Counted from the stretch's first letter, positions 38,376 to 49,252 are shown. The stretch is 64,000 nucleotides of DNA from an uncultured Erysipelotrichaceae bacterium (GCA_902793315.1 CADBCT010000001.1:34727-98726); one strand, 5' to 3'. Made by a program: numbers and translations. Notes: a model not told the origin generated them from the sequence alone.

Positions 38376-38990
38376 ATGAAAAATATAATATTTGATTTTG
38401 GTAATGTATTAATGACTTTTAATGCTAAGGAAATAGCCAAGAAATTTACTTCATCAGAAGAAGAACAAGATTTCATAGTGAATAATGTTGTAAATTCTCC
38501 AGAATGGGGAGGATTGGGACTTATTGATACTGGTTATCTTTCTAGAAAAGAAATTATTGATATTATAAATGATCGAAGTAATAATAAATATAAAGACTTA
38601 GTAATAGATTTTATGAATAATTTTGATAAATATAGGCATATTCAACAAGAAGTAATAGAAATAATTAAAGATTTAAAAAAGCAAGGATACAAAGTATATC
38701 TATTATCTAATACTAATGAATATAGTTATGAAAAAGTTATAAAAGATATAGAATACTTATTTGATGGAGTAGCTTTATCTTATCAAATACATATGATTAA
38801 ACCTTATGAAGGCATATATAAGTACTTAATTGATAAATATAGTATTAATCCAGAAGAGAGTTTATTTATAGATGATAGGGAAGATAATATTAAAACAGCT
38901 AATTTGTTTGGAATTAAAGGAAGAGCAGTTAAACCTGATGATGTAGAAGATATAAAACTAGTATTAAAAGAATATGAAATAGGTGACTAA
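38376..38990 (+). CDS. HAD-superfamily hydrolase
   Basis: Motif I IIFDFGNVL, motif III/IV KQGYKVYLLSNTN...FIDDREDN. Confidence 0.6.
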   Translation: MKNIIFDFGNVLMTFNAKEIAKKFTSSEEEQDFIVNNVVNSPEWGGLGLIDTGYLSRKEIIDIINDRSNNKYKDLVIDFMNNFDKYRHIQQEVIEIIKDLKKQGYKVYLLSNTNEYSYEKVIKDIEYLFDGVALSYQIHMIKPYEGIYKYLIDKYSINPEESLFIDDREDNIKTANLFGIKGRAVKPDDVEDIKLVLKEYEIGD

Positions 38991-39654
38991 TATGATAGGA
39001 AATGATTGGGATATTCTTTTACAAGATGAATATCAGAAGGAATACTTTAAAAAACTATTAAATTTTGTAAAAAAAGAGTATCAAACAAAAACAATTTATC
39101 CTAAACAAAATGAAGTATTTAATGCTTTTAGATATACTTCTTTTGATAATGTAAAAGTAGTAATCTTAGGCCAAGATCCATATCATGGACCTAATCAAGC
39201 TGAAGGATTATCCTTTTCTGTAAGCAATGAGGTTTTAAAACCACCATCTCTACAGAATATCTTTAAAGAATTAGAAAGTGATTTAGGAATATCTTTTCCT
39301 AAGTCTAATTCTCTAAAACCTTGGGCTAAACAAGGGGTATTATTATTAAACGCAGTTTTAACAGTAGAAGAACACAAGCCTACATCTCATAAAGATAAAG
39401 GTTGGGAGACCTTTACTGATGATATTATAAAGATACTAAACAATAAACAAGAACCAGTAGTATTCATATTATGGGGAGCTTATGCAAGAAATAAAAAAAG
39501 TCTAATTACTAATTCTAGGCATTTAATTATTGAATCAGCTCATCCATCTCCATTTTCAGCTAGAAATGGGTTCTTTGGAAGTAAACCTTTTTCTAGAACC
39601 AATAAGTTCTTACGAGAAAATAATTTAAAAGAAATAGATTGGAGAGTGGAATAG
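38983..39654 (+). CDS. ung: Uracil-DNA glycosylase
   Basis: Family 1 UDG motifs: VVILGQDPYHGPNQAEGLSFSV, water-activating loop, C-terminal HPSPFSA. Confidence 0.92.
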   Translation: MTNMIGNDWDILLQDEYQKEYFKKLLNFVKKEYQTKTIYPKQNEVFNAFRYTSFDNVKVVILGQDPYHGPNQAEGLSFSVSNEVLKPPSLQNIFKELESDLGISFPKSNSLKPWAKQGVLLLNAVLTVEEHKPTSHKDKGWETFTDDIIKILNNKQEPVVFILWGAYARNKKSLITNSRHLIIESAHPSPFSARNGFFGSKPFSRTNKFLRENNLKEIDWRVE

Positions 39655-40415
39655 TGAAAAAGATACTAAAAAAGTTTCCAGATTATTATTTAACTTTTTG
39701 TGTATATGCTTTAATAGGTTGGTTATATGAGGTGTTTTGGATGTGGTTTGTAGTACCACCATTTCATTTCATAAATAGAGGTGTTTTGTTTGGACCTTTT
39801 CTTCCTATTTATGGGTTCGGAATTCTAATATTATTATTTATGTTAGATAAATTCATGAATAAAAAGCATAAAATAAGTAATAATTTATATTTAATAATTT
39901 CTATTTTAACAATAATAACATTTATATATATAACAATAATAGAGTATACTACTCCAAAAATTTTTCATATAAGTGAGTTTATGAGTAAATATGGAATAGG
40001 GTTAATTATTGTAAACTTAGTATCTCTAGGACTTGGATTCTTAATATTAAATAAGACTAAGTCGAAAAAGATTAAAAATCTAGATGTCACAATAATTTTA
40101 GTGTTTTTACTGATTTGGATTATCACTACTGTGATTGAGTATGCTTCTCATTTTATGACCGATAAGTTATTCCATACAATGTTATGGGATTATTCAAAAG
40201 ATTTTTTAAATATTAATAAACGCGTTAACTGGGATGCATCTAGAAATTTTGCAATAGGTGGAACGTTATTACTATACTTAGTTCAACCACAAATAGATAA
40301 ATTCTTAAAAAAGCTTCCAAACAATAGAAAGATATACATTACATTAATAATTGGAATACCAATGTTAATAGACTTAATAGTTAATGTAATCTCAAAATAT
40401 GTGGTGATATTATGA
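39639..40415 (+). CDS. Hypothetical polytopic membrane protein
   Basis: 258 aa with about 6 predicted TM segments, Trp-rich N-terminal helix. No family assignment possible by eye. Confidence 0.35.
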   Translation: MESGIVKKILKKFPDYYLTFCVYALIGWLYEVFWMWFVVPPFHFINRGVLFGPFLPIYGFGILILLFMLDKFMNKKHKISNNLYLIISILTIITFIYITIIEYTTPKIFHISEFMSKYGIGLIIVNLVSLGLGFLILNKTKSKKIKNLDVTIILVFLLIWIITTVIEYASHFMTDKLFHTMLWDYSKDFLNINKRVNWDASRNFAIGGTLLLYLVQPQIDKFLKKLPNNRKIYITLIIGIPMLIDLIVNVISKYVVIL

Positions 40416-40450
40416 AAAAAATAAAAATATCCACAATTTTTGTGGATATT

Positions 40451-41437
40451 TTATTTTGTTTGTGCTTGAACAGCTGTTATAGCAACTACACCAACTATGT
40501 CTTCAGAACTACATCCTCTAGATAGATCATTTACTGGAGAAGCAATTCCTTGGGTTATTGGACCATAGGCTTCAGCTTTAGCTAATCTTTGAACTAATTT
40601 ATAACCAATATTACCAGCATCTAAATCTGGGAAAATAAGAACATTAGCATGCCCAGCAATTTCACTATCTGGAGCTTTACTTTTAGCAACTTCAGGAACA
40701 ATAGCAGCATCTAATTGTAATTCTCCATCAATCTTATATTGTGGAAATTTTTCTTTAGCAATTCTAGTTGCTTCAACAACTTTATCAACATCGGCATGAC
40801 TAGCACTGCCTTTAGTTGAATGAGAAAGCATGGCTACAATAGGCTCTTTTTCTACTAGTAATTTAAAACTTTCGGCACTACTAGCTGCAATAGAAGCAAG
40901 CTTTTCACTATCTGGATTTTGCTCTAGTCCACTATCAGCAAAGATAAAAGTGCCATTAGAACCATATTCACAATTAGGAACAACCATTAAGAAGAAAGCA
41001 GATACTAATTCTACTCCAGGAGCAGTTTTAATAATTTGTAATGCAGGTCTAAGAGTATTAGAAGTTGAATGACAAGCTCCAGATACAACTCCATCAGCTT
41101 TACCATCTTTTACTAGCATACAAGCAAAATACATATAGTCCTCTAGTAATAATTTTTTAGCTTCTTCATAAGTCATACCTTTTTCTTTACGAAGTTCAAA
41201 TAATTTATTAGTAAGATCTTCAGTTAATTCTGAAGTATTAGGATCAACAATAGTAGCTTTCTCTAGATCAAATCCTTTATTTTTAATATCATCAGAACCA
41301 ATAATAATTAAATTAGCAATTCCTTCTTGTAAAACAATTTCTGCAGCTTTTAAAACTCTTTCATCCATTGATTCAGGAAGAATAATAGTTTTTATATTAC
41401 TTTTAGCTCTTTCTTTAACAGATTCAATAAAATTCAT
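40451..41437 (-). CDS. pta: Phosphate acetyltransferase
   Basis: 328 aa matching the Pta/PTA_PTB family (DERVLKAAEIV..., GKADGVVSG, SRGCSSEDIVG). Confidence 0.9.
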   Translation of the reverse strand: MNFIESVKERAKSNIKTIILPESMDERVLKAAEIVLQEGIANLIIIGSDDIKNKGFDLEKATIVDPNTSELTEDLTNKLFELRKEKGMTYEEAKKLLLEDYMYFACMLVKDGKADGVVSGACHSTSNTLRPALQIIKTAPGVELVSAFFLMVVPNCEYGSNGTFIFADSGLEQNPDSEKLASIAASSAESFKLLVEKEPIVAMLSHSTKGSASHADVDKVVEATRIAKEKFPQYKIDGELQLDAAIVPEVAKSKAPDSEIAGHANVLIFPDLDAGNIGYKLVQRLAKAEAYGPITQGIASPVNDLSRGCSSEDIVGVVAITAVQAQTK

Positions 41438-41451
41438 AGTCTCATCTCTTT

Positions 41452-41979
41452 CTATTTTTGATTCAAAATTTCAAAAATTTCTCTTTTCTCATTATTATAA
41501 AATTCTAATTTTTTATACCTTCTAACTAAAGCAATTAAGTTACAAGGAAAAGATACAACTAATTGATTAAATTCAACTACTGAATCATTATAATACTTAA
41601 TAGCTCCTACAATATTTTCTTCATTATCATTTAACTCTTCTAATATTTTAACTAAAGAATCACTTTTTAATAGTTTTTCATTTTCATCAAGTGTTTTAAA
41701 TAATTCATTATAATTACTTTTTAAAAGATTATGCTTTTCAAAATTATTAAGATCATTATTGTATTTATCTAATTCTCCTAAAAATTCTTTTATTTTCAAC
41801 TCTTTTTTTACAATAGGTACAGTTCTTGTAAGTAATTCCTTCTTTTTTTCTAAATAAATATCTATATCTTCTTCAGCTTTATCTATCTTTATAATAGTTA
41901 ATTGAAACTTATTATTAATAATAACAATAATAAAGGCTAATAAAGAAATAATAACAAATATAAGTAAAATGGTTTCCAT
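41452..41979 (-). CDS. LemA family membrane protein
   Basis: N-terminal TM helix. C-terminal YYNDSVVEFNQLVVSFPCNLIA matches the LemA YNxxVxxFNxxIxxFPxNLVA signature. Confidence 0.6.
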   Translation of the reverse strand: METILLIFVIISLLAFIIVIINNKFQLTIIKIDKAEEDIDIYLEKKKELLTRTVPIVKKELKIKEFLGELDKYNNDLNNFEKHNLLKSNYNELFKTLDENEKLLKSDSLVKILEELNDNEENIVGAIKYYNDSVVEFNQLVVSFPCNLIALVRRYKKLEFYNNEKREIFEILNQK

Positions 41980-42041
41980 ATAATACCTCCATACTATCTA
42001 AATTATATCAAATTAACTTATATTATACAATAAAAAGAGTC

Positions 42042-44006
42042 TTAAGACTCTTTACTTTTAGCATTTATTTCATCAAATGTAGGATCAGTATCTTGAGGTT
42101 CTGTTCCTTTTAAAAAATATATTAATTTTGTATTTTTATTTTTATCTAAAGAAACTTTTCCTGTAATAGGTTCTACTAATAATCCAACAACATTAGAAGG
42201 CTTTTTATACCAGGTATTTTCTTTATCTTTTTCAAGCTCTTCTACTGTTTTAGACCATATGTTTTGAGCATACTTATAGTCTGATTTAACCAATTCATTA
42301 TTATTATCATATCCAACCCAAACAGAGCAAACTAAATCTTTGTTAAAACCAATATTCCAATTATCACCACTAGTTGTTCCGCTTTTTAAAGCATATTTAT
42401 GGTTTAATTTACCTGATAAACTAATTGCAGTAGGATAATTATAATCAATATACAGAGGATCATAGGTAGCCGTTAAGATGTTGTTTAGAATAAAGACTAA
42501 ACTAGGATTTAAAACTAATTCCTTTTCTTCAGAATATTTATATAACGTATTGCCATTACCATCAACTACCTTTGTTATAAAATGTGGTTTGATTTTATAA
42601 CCAGTATTAGCAAAAGCTGCATATCCAGCAGTCATATTAATAATATTTATTTCATTAGTACCTAGAGGAAGAGAAGCTACGCTATCTAGTTTTTCTTTAA
42701 TTCCGACTCTCTTAGCTACATTAATTAAAGAATCATAACCTAAAAACATATGTGTTTTTACTGCATAAATATTCTCACTATAAGCGATTGCTGTAGCCAT
42801 AGATATTGGTTTATTTCCATATTTTTCATTATAGTTTTTAGGAGTATATACTTTATTGTTTTCCAATGGAAAAGAGGTTGGTTCACTAGTAAATTGTGAG
42901 CTAGCAGTAAAACCATTCTCTAAGGCTGCATAGTATAAATAAGGTTTCATAGTTGAGCCAACTTGTCTCTTTGAGTCAGTAGCTCTATTAAAAGTAGATT
43001 TATTATAATCTCTACCTCCAATTAGAGCAATAATTCCTCCGGTATTGGGATTCATAATTACACTAGCAACTTCTAAAGTAGATTCACTTGGAAAAGACTC
43101 TTTAATATTTTTTTCTAGGATACTTTGAGCATTATAATCTAAAGTAGTATAAATCTTTAAACCATTGATTTTACTATAATTACTTGGAACAGTAGAAATA
43201 CTTTTAAGTTCATCTAATACAGCATCTTGATAATAATTAATGCTCGATAAGACATCTTCATTTTCTTTACCAACTAGTTTTATTTCTTCGTCATAAGCTT
43301 TGTCCTTATCTTCTTCAGTAATAATATTATTTTTTACTAAATTATTAAGTATTAATAATTGCCTTTTTTTACAAGTATCATAGTCAATAAAAGGTGAATA
43401 ATTACTAGGTGCTTTAGGTATAGATGCTAAGATAGTAGCTTCGGCCAAGTCTAATTCTTTTGCAGACTTACCAAAATAGTACTTACTGGCATTCTCAACT
43501 CCGTATTTTCCATGACCATAATTAATTGTATTAAGATATCCCTCTAAAATTTCATCTTTACTATAATTAGCTTCTATACGCATTGTATACCACATTTCAT
43601 CCCATTTTCTTTTCCAAGTTTTATCAAAATCTAAAAAAAGATTCTTTGCATATTGCTGAGTTATAGTAGAAGCTCCTTGTTGATTATTCTTATTAATAAT
43701 ATTAGTATATAAAGCTTTTCCAATTCTTAGAAAATCAAATCCAAAATGTCGATAGAAATTTTTATCTTCTGTATTTATAGTAGCTTTTATTAAATAATCA
43801 CTAATATTATTTAAATCTACCCATTCTTTTGATTCACTCCCTTTAAAGAAAGAATTATTATCCTTATCATATAAAACAATATTATTCGCACTATTAATAA
43901 TTATTTTAGGAGAAGTTTTAACATAAATAAAACATCCTATAGATGATAAAATAATTATAATAATAAATAGCTTTAAAAGCTTAAATAATAGTTTAAAATA
44001 TTTCAT
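42042..44006 (-). CDS. Class A penicillin-binding protein (glycosyltransferase + transpeptidase)
   Basis: GT51 motifs (EDKNFYRHFGFD, GASTITQQYAKNLF), SxxK (STMKP), SxN and KTG-like motifs. 654 aa, N-terminal TM. Confidence 0.85.
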   Translation of the reverse strand: MKYFKLLFKLLKLFIIIIILSSIGCFIYVKTSPKIIINSANNIVLYDKDNNSFFKGSESKEWVDLNNISDYLIKATINTEDKNFYRHFGFDFLRIGKALYTNIINKNNQQGASTITQQYAKNLFLDFDKTWKRKWDEMWYTMRIEANYSKDEILEGYLNTINYGHGKYGVENASKYYFGKSAKELDLAEATILASIPKAPSNYSPFIDYDTCKKRQLLILNNLVKNNIITEEDKDKAYDEEIKLVGKENEDVLSSINYYQDAVLDELKSISTVPSNYSKINGLKIYTTLDYNAQSILEKNIKESFPSESTLEVASVIMNPNTGGIIALIGGRDYNKSTFNRATDSKRQVGSTMKPYLYYAALENGFTASSQFTSEPTSFPLENNKVYTPKNYNEKYGNKPISMATAIAYSENIYAVKTHMFLGYDSLINVAKRVGIKEKLDSVASLPLGTNEINIINMTAGYAAFANTGYKIKPHFITKVVDGNGNTLYKYSEEKELVLNPSLVFILNNILTATYDPLYIDYNYPTAISLSGKLNHKYALKSGTTSGDNWNIGFNKDLVCSVWVGYDNNNELVKSDYKYAQNIWSKTVEELEKDKENTWYKKPSNVVGLLVEPITGKVSLDKNKNTKLIYFLKGTEPQDTDPTFDEINAKSKES

Positions 44007-44112
44007 TAGTAAGTCTCACCTAATATTAGTATTATTATTTAAGAGAAAATTATGTATTAAAAAGCATAATATTGTGTTATAATCATTACATTGAATTTAA
44101 GTGGGTGGGGCT

Positions 44113-44457
44113 ATGGCAAAAATAGAAGTAGACGTAACTATCAAAAACAGAGAAGTTAATGAATGTCTAAGGACACAAGCTATTGTACAAGAAAATAGTA
44201 TTAAGTACTTAGAAAAAGATGACACAAAAGTAGTTTTTGACTATAATAAAAACAAACTAATAAGAGAAAATACAACTATGAAAATGACTTACTATTTTGA
44301 TAATAATACTGAGAGTGATATTTTGGTCAAGGACTATAATCGCCATCTAAAATTTATGATTAAGACTAACAAATTAAAGAAAAAAGATTATAATTTAGAA
44401 GTAGATTATCAAATAGATAATGATAAATTTTTATATAGAATCGAGGAAATAAAATGA
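44113..44457 (+). CDS. DUF1934 (YwiB-like) small beta-barrel protein
   Basis: About 115 aa, immediately upstream of and overlapping argS, mirroring ywiB-argS in B. subtilis. Confidence 0.5.
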   Translation: MAKIEVDVTIKNREVNECLRTQAIVQENSIKYLEKDDTKVVFDYNKNKLIRENTTMKMTYYFDNNTESDILVKDYNRHLKFMIKTNKLKKKDYNLEVDYQIDNDKFLYRIEEIK

Positions 44458-46202
44458 GTGTAATTAAAAAATTAGAAACAGATATAAAAGGAATTTTAAA
44501 AAAAGCTGGCTATGAAGTAGATAAAGTATTGTTAGAGCCATCTAATAGAAGAGATTTGGGTGAATATCAAATTAATAATGCTATGCAGTTAACTAAAATT
44601 TATCATGAAAATCCTCGTGATATAGCTGCTAAAATAGTAACTGAATTAGAAAAAGATAATAGATTTACTAACATCAATATTGCTGGACCTGGATTTATCA
44701 ATATTAGTTTTAGTGATCAATATATTTATGATTTTTTAAACGAAATACATGAAGATGTTCATAATAATATTGATAAAAAAGAACCTAAAAAGATTATTGT
44801 TGATTATGGAGGTGCTAATGTAGCTAAAGCATTACATGTAGGGCACCTAAGAACTGGTAACATTGGAGAAGCTTTAAAGAGATTAGCTTTATTACTAGGC
44901 TATGATGCCTTGGGAGATGCTCATCTAGGAGATTATGGTAGACCATTAGGCTTAGTATTAAGAGAAATAAAAGAAAGATATCCTGAATTAAAATACTTTG
45001 ATGAAAACTATACTGGTGATTATAGCGAAGTAGAATTACCAATTACAAATAAAGACTTAGAAGAAATTTATCCAGTAGCTTCTAATAAAGCAAAAGAAGA
45101 TGAACAATATCTAGAAGAGGCTAGAATTATTACTGCTAAAATTCAAAGTCATGAAAAAGGGTACTATGATTTATGGAAAAGAGTAGTAGATATTTCTAAA
45201 GAAGATATTAAGAAAACTTATGAATCATTAAATGTTTCATTTGAAATCTGGAATGGTGAATCAGATGAAATGGAATACTTTGATGAATTACTTAAAATCT
45301 ATGAAGATAAAAATCTACTAGTAGATAGTGAAGGAGCTCGTGTAGTAGAAGTAGCTACTCCAGAAGATAAAGCTCCTATGCCACCATTACTATTTATTAG
45401 AAGTAATGGAGCTGCTTCTTATGAAACAACAGATTTAGCAGCTATCTTAGAGAGAAAAATAAACTATAATCCTGATGAAATATGGTATGTAGTAGATGCT
45501 AGACAAGCACTTCATTTTGAACAAACATTTAGAGCTGCTAGAAAAGCTAAATTAGTAGAAGATAGAGTAGTATTAGAACATGTAGGTAACGGTACTATGA
45601 ATGGTAAAGATGGAAAGCCATTCAAAACTAGAGATGGTGGAGTAATGAGCTTAAAAGCTTTAATGGATTTAGTTTACGATGAAACATATAAGAAGATAAC
45701 AAATGAATCTATTAAGGAAGAAGAAAAGAAAGAAATAGCTAGAATAGTTGCAATGGCAGCAGTAAAATATGCAGATTTATTACCATATAGAGGAACAGAC
45801 TATATTTTCGAATTAGAAAAATTTACTGATTTAGAAGGAAAAACAGGACCTTATCTATTGTATTCAACAATTAGAATGAGATCATTACTTAAAAAAGCAG
45901 AAGAATTTAAAGCTACTAAGATTACTAAACTAAAAGGAGCAGCTGAAAAAGAAATAGCTTTAACTCTTTTAACTTTACCATTAGTTTTAAATAGAGCAGT
46001 AGAGGCAAAGACTTTAAATGAAATAGCAGAATTCCTTTATAAATTAACTGCTTGCTATAACTCATTTTATGCTGAAAACAAGATTATAATTGAAGAAGAT
46101 GCTGATCTTAGAAATTCTTGGATAGTCTTAACAGAAACTGTTTATAATATAAATATGTTGCTACTAGGTATACTTGGAATAGAAGTACCTGAAAAAATGT
46201 AA
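44454..46202 (+). CDS. argS: Arginine--tRNA ligase
   Basis: Class I HIGH (KALHVGHLR), KMSK-like region, anticodon-binding DALR domain. 582 aa. Confidence 0.92.
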   Translation: MSVIKKLETDIKGILKKAGYEVDKVLLEPSNRRDLGEYQINNAMQLTKIYHENPRDIAAKIVTELEKDNRFTNINIAGPGFINISFSDQYIYDFLNEIHEDVHNNIDKKEPKKIIVDYGGANVAKALHVGHLRTGNIGEALKRLALLLGYDALGDAHLGDYGRPLGLVLREIKERYPELKYFDENYTGDYSEVELPITNKDLEEIYPVASNKAKEDEQYLEEARIITAKIQSHEKGYYDLWKRVVDISKEDIKKTYESLNVSFEIWNGESDEMEYFDELLKIYEDKNLLVDSEGARVVEVATPEDKAPMPPLLFIRSNGAASYETTDLAAILERKINYNPDEIWYVVDARQALHFEQTFRAARKAKLVEDRVVLEHVGNGTMNGKDGKPFKTRDGGVMSLKALMDLVYDETYKKITNESIKEEEKKEIARIVAMAAVKYADLLPYRGTDYIFELEKFTDLEGKTGPYLLYSTIRMRSLLKKAEEFKATKITKLKGAAEKEIALTLLTLPLVLNRAVEAKTLNEIAEFLYKLTACYNSFYAENKIIIEEDADLRNSWIVLTETVYNINMLLLGILGIEVPEKM

Positions 46203-46311
46203 AAAAAGTGTTGCTAATATATAAGATATATGTTATAAAAGTTATTGTGATTTTATTACTACACATAAAGTTATAATTAACATATAATGTTTTGATATAG
46301 GAGGTCTTTTT

Positions 46312-46749
46312 ATGGGTTTAAAATTAAAAAAAGAAGAACTTGAGTCATTATCTAGTAAAGATGTTGCTTATATGATAATGGAAGCAAGTAAGAGAAAATT
46401 AAATACAGCAGATCTATTTAAGAAAGTTATTACTCTAATGGAGTTACCTGAAGATACTTTTGAAAAGAAAGTTGCTGATTTTTATACATCTTTATCAACT
46501 GATAAAAGATTTATCCTATTAGAAAACGGAAAATGGGACTTAAGAAATAATCATTCTTCTGATAAACTTGTAAAAGTAACTGACGACGAAGAGGAAGAAG
46601 ATGAAGAAGAAGCTATTGATAAGGAAGAGGAAGAAATAGAAGAAGATAGTTTCGATGATACTGATGACGAAGAATATGATGATGAAACTAATGAAGAATT
46701 AAAAGATTTAGTTATTATCGATGAAGATGAATTAGAACTAGAAGAATAA
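46312..46749 (+). CDS. rpoE: DNA-directed RNA polymerase subunit delta
   Basis: N-terminal HARE-HTH region aligns with B. subtilis RpoE (FYTSLSTDKRFILLENGKWDLR vs [22 protein letters not shown]), followed by the characteristic poly-acidic Asp/Glu tail. Confidence 0.8.
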   Translation: MGLKLKKEELESLSSKDVAYMIMEASKRKLNTADLFKKVITLMELPEDTFEKKVADFYTSLSTDKRFILLENGKWDLRNNHSSDKLVKVTDDEEEEDEEEAIDKEEEEIEEDSFDDTDDEEYDDETNEELKDLVIIDEDELELEE

Positions 46750-46811
46750 TCTAGTTTTTTTCATAGTAAAATTATGATATAATAGGACTGATTAAAGGGA
46801 CAGGTGAAAAA

Positions 46812-47879
46812 ATGATAGATAGATTAGAAACTATATTAGCAAAATATAATAGCTTAGAAATGGAATTAACTAAACCTGAAGTATTAAGTGATATAAAAAA
46901 GACAAAAGAATATTCTAAAGAAATGGCTAACCTAGAAGAAGTTGTTATCGAATATAAAAAGTATAAAAAAATTCTTGATGACATAAAAGATACTAAAGAA
47001 ATGGTAAAAGATCCAGAATTAGGAGAAATAGCTAAAGAAGAATTAAAATCTTTAGAAGAAGAAAAGGAAGAATTAGATAAGAAACTAGAAATTTTATTAA
47101 TTCCAAAAGATCCTAATGATGGTAAGAATGTTATTATGGAAATTAGAGGAGCTGCTGGTGGTGATGAAGCAAACATCTTTGCTGGAGATCTATTTAGAAT
47201 GTATACAAGATATGCTGAAAAGAAAGGTTTTTCTTATCAAGTATATAACTCTATAGATGGTACAGCAGGTGGTTTTAGTCAAATAGAATTAATTATTAAA
47301 GGAAAAGGTGCATATTCTTTATTAAAATATGAAAATGGTTCTCATCGAGTTCAAAGAGTACCAGTAACAGAATCTAATGGAAGACTTCAAACTTCAACTG
47401 CTACAGTATTAGTAATGCCAGAAGCAGATGATGATATTGATATTGTGATAGATCCTAATGATTTAAGAATTGATATTTATAGATCAAGTGGTAAAGGTGG
47501 ACAAGGAGTAAATACAACAGATTCAGCAGTTAGAATTACCCATTTACCTACAGGCTTAGTAGTAACTTGTCAAAATGAACGTAGTCAAATTCAAAACAAA
47601 GAACAAGCTATGAAAGTACTAAAATCAAGACTTTATGAATTACAAGAACAAGAAAAATTAGAAAAAGAAGGAAATGAAAGACGTAGTAAAATAGGTACAG
47701 GTGATAGAGCAGAAAAAATAAGAACCTATAATTATCCACAAAATAGAGTAACAGATCATCGTATCGGTTATACTACTAATAATTTAGATAGAGTTATGGA
47801 TGGAGCATTAGATGATATTATTGATGCTTTAATTGGGGAAGATCAAAAGAGAAAACTACAAGGCGAAGAAAGTGAATAA
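46812..47879 (+). CDS. prfA: Peptide chain release factor 1
   Basis: PxT-type tripeptide region, GGQ motif (SGKGGQGVNTTDSAVRITHLPTG). 355 aa. Confidence 0.93.
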   Translation: MIDRLETILAKYNSLEMELTKPEVLSDIKKTKEYSKEMANLEEVVIEYKKYKKILDDIKDTKEMVKDPELGEIAKEELKSLEEEKEELDKKLEILLIPKDPNDGKNVIMEIRGAAGGDEANIFAGDLFRMYTRYAEKKGFSYQVYNSIDGTAGGFSQIELIIKGKGAYSLLKYENGSHRVQRVPVTESNGRLQTSTATVLVMPEADDDIDIVIDPNDLRIDIYRSSGKGGQGVNTTDSAVRITHLPTGLVVTCQNERSQIQNKEQAMKVLKSRLYELQEQEKLEKEGNERRSKIGTGDRAEKIRTYNYPQNRVTDHRIGYTTNNLDRVMDGALDDIIDALIGEDQKRKLQGEESE

Positions 47880-47880
47880 T

Positions 47881-48705
47881 ATGACTATAGAAGAATTATT
47901 AGTATTTGGAAAAAGTCATTGTCATTCAGATCATGCTAAAATTCTATTGGCAAATCTTTTAAATAAAAATCCTTTAGAACTATTAAATTATTTAGATGAA
48001 AAGGTAGATAATGATACAGTAGAGCTATATAAGAAAGAAGTATTAGCCTTAGAAGGAGGGAAACCACTACAATATGTTATTGGTAGTGTTAATTTCTTTG
48101 GTAATAGGTTCTATGTTGATGAGAGAGTCCTAATACCAAGATTTGAAACAGAAGAATTGGTTGAAAATACTATTAAAATTATTGAAAGAAATTTTAATGA
48201 CCCCCTTGATATCATTGATTTAGGATGTGGCAGTGGAGTAATAGGATTAACTCTAGAAAAGAAAATATCCACAAAATCTGTGGATTTAGTAGATATTTCA
48301 AAAGAAGCTTTGGAAGTAACTAAAATTAATATGAACAATTTAAATAGTAAAGCAAGTATTATAGAAAATGATTTCTTAAGTAATATTGATAAAAAGTATG
48401 ATTTAATTATTAGTAATCCGCCATATATTATGACTACTGAAGAAATAGAAGAGATAGTAAAGGAAAATGAACCAGAAATAGCTTTATATGCTGGTGAGTA
48501 TGGCTTGGATTGTTATAAAGAAATATTATCTAAAGTAAAAAATAATATGAAAGATAAATGCTTAATAGCTTTTGAAATAGGCTGTACTCAAGCAAAAGAT
48601 ATCATTAATTTAGTACATCAATATTTAGATGATGTCAAAGTAGAAGTAAAGAAAGACTTATCTGAAAGAGATAGAATGCTATTTATTTTAAAAAATATTG
48701 AATAA
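47881..48705 (+). CDS. prmC: Release factor glutamine N5-methyltransferase PrmC (HemK)
   Basis: Starts MTIEELL right after the prfA stop. SAM motif DLGCGSGVIG and NPPY motif (ISNPPYI). Confidence 0.88.
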   Translation: MTIEELLVFGKSHCHSDHAKILLANLLNKNPLELLNYLDEKVDNDTVELYKKEVLALEGGKPLQYVIGSVNFFGNRFYVDERVLIPRFETEELVENTIKIIERNFNDPLDIIDLGCGSGVIGLTLEKKISTKSVDLVDISKEALEVTKINMNNLNSKASIIENDFLSNIDKKYDLIISNPPYIMTTEEIEEIVKENEPEIALYAGEYGLDCYKEILSKVKNNMKDKCLIAFEIGCTQAKDIINLVHQYLDDVKVEVKKDLSERDRMLFILKNIE

Positions 48706-48751
48706 AAACTATTAAAAAATCTCACTATTATTATGAAAGTGAGGTTTTATT

Positions 48752-49252
48752 ATGAAAAAAATAATTATTATTTCAAGTATAATTATTTCAATTTTAGTAA
48801 TTAATAAAGAAAATGAAATAATTATTCCAAAAGAAGCAATAAGATTTAGAGTAATAGCTAATAGTAATAGTGAACAAGATCAAATAATAAAAAAAGAAAT
48901 TGTAAAAAGTCTATCAAAAGAAATAATTACTCCTAATATTAAGAATATTAATGAAGAAAGAATATTTTTAAAGGAAAATTTACCAAAATTCACAAAAACT
49001 GTGAAAAAAACTCTTACCGATAATAATTATTCTAGTAAATTTGATATAAACTATGGTAAAAACTATTTTCCAGAAAAGACATATAGAAATATTACTTATC
49101 CAGAAGGCGAATATGAATCATTAGTAGTTACTATTGGTAACGGTCAAGGTAAAAACTTTTGGTGTGTGTTATTTCCTCCACTATGCTTAATTGATGAAGA
49201 TACTGAATCATATCCTTCGTTAATTAAAGAAATTATTAATAAGTATTTTTAA
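48752..49252 (+). CDS. spoIIR: Stage II sporulation protein R homologue
   Basis: AIRFRVIANSNSEQDQ (B. subtilis AIRLRILANSDSDQDQ) and TYPEGEYESLVVTIGNGQGKNFWCVLFPPLCLID (VYPAGEYEAILITLGEGDGANWWCVLFPPLCFLD). N-terminal signal peptide. Confidence 0.78.
   Translation: MKKIIIISSIIISILVINKENEIIIPKEAIRFRVIANSNSEQDQIIKKEIVKSLSKEIITPNIKNINEERIFLKENLPKFTKTVKKTLTDNNYSSKFDINYGKNYFPEKTYRNITYPEGEYESLVVTIGNGQGKNFWCVLFPPLCLIDEDTESYPSLIKEIINKYF

Noticed and set aside
44007-44112. Possible T-box riboswitch upstream of argS
   Set aside because: The leader is only about 100 nt and is occupied by a promoter and the DUF1934 gene start. I found no TGGNACC T-box motif or specifier/antiterminator structure.
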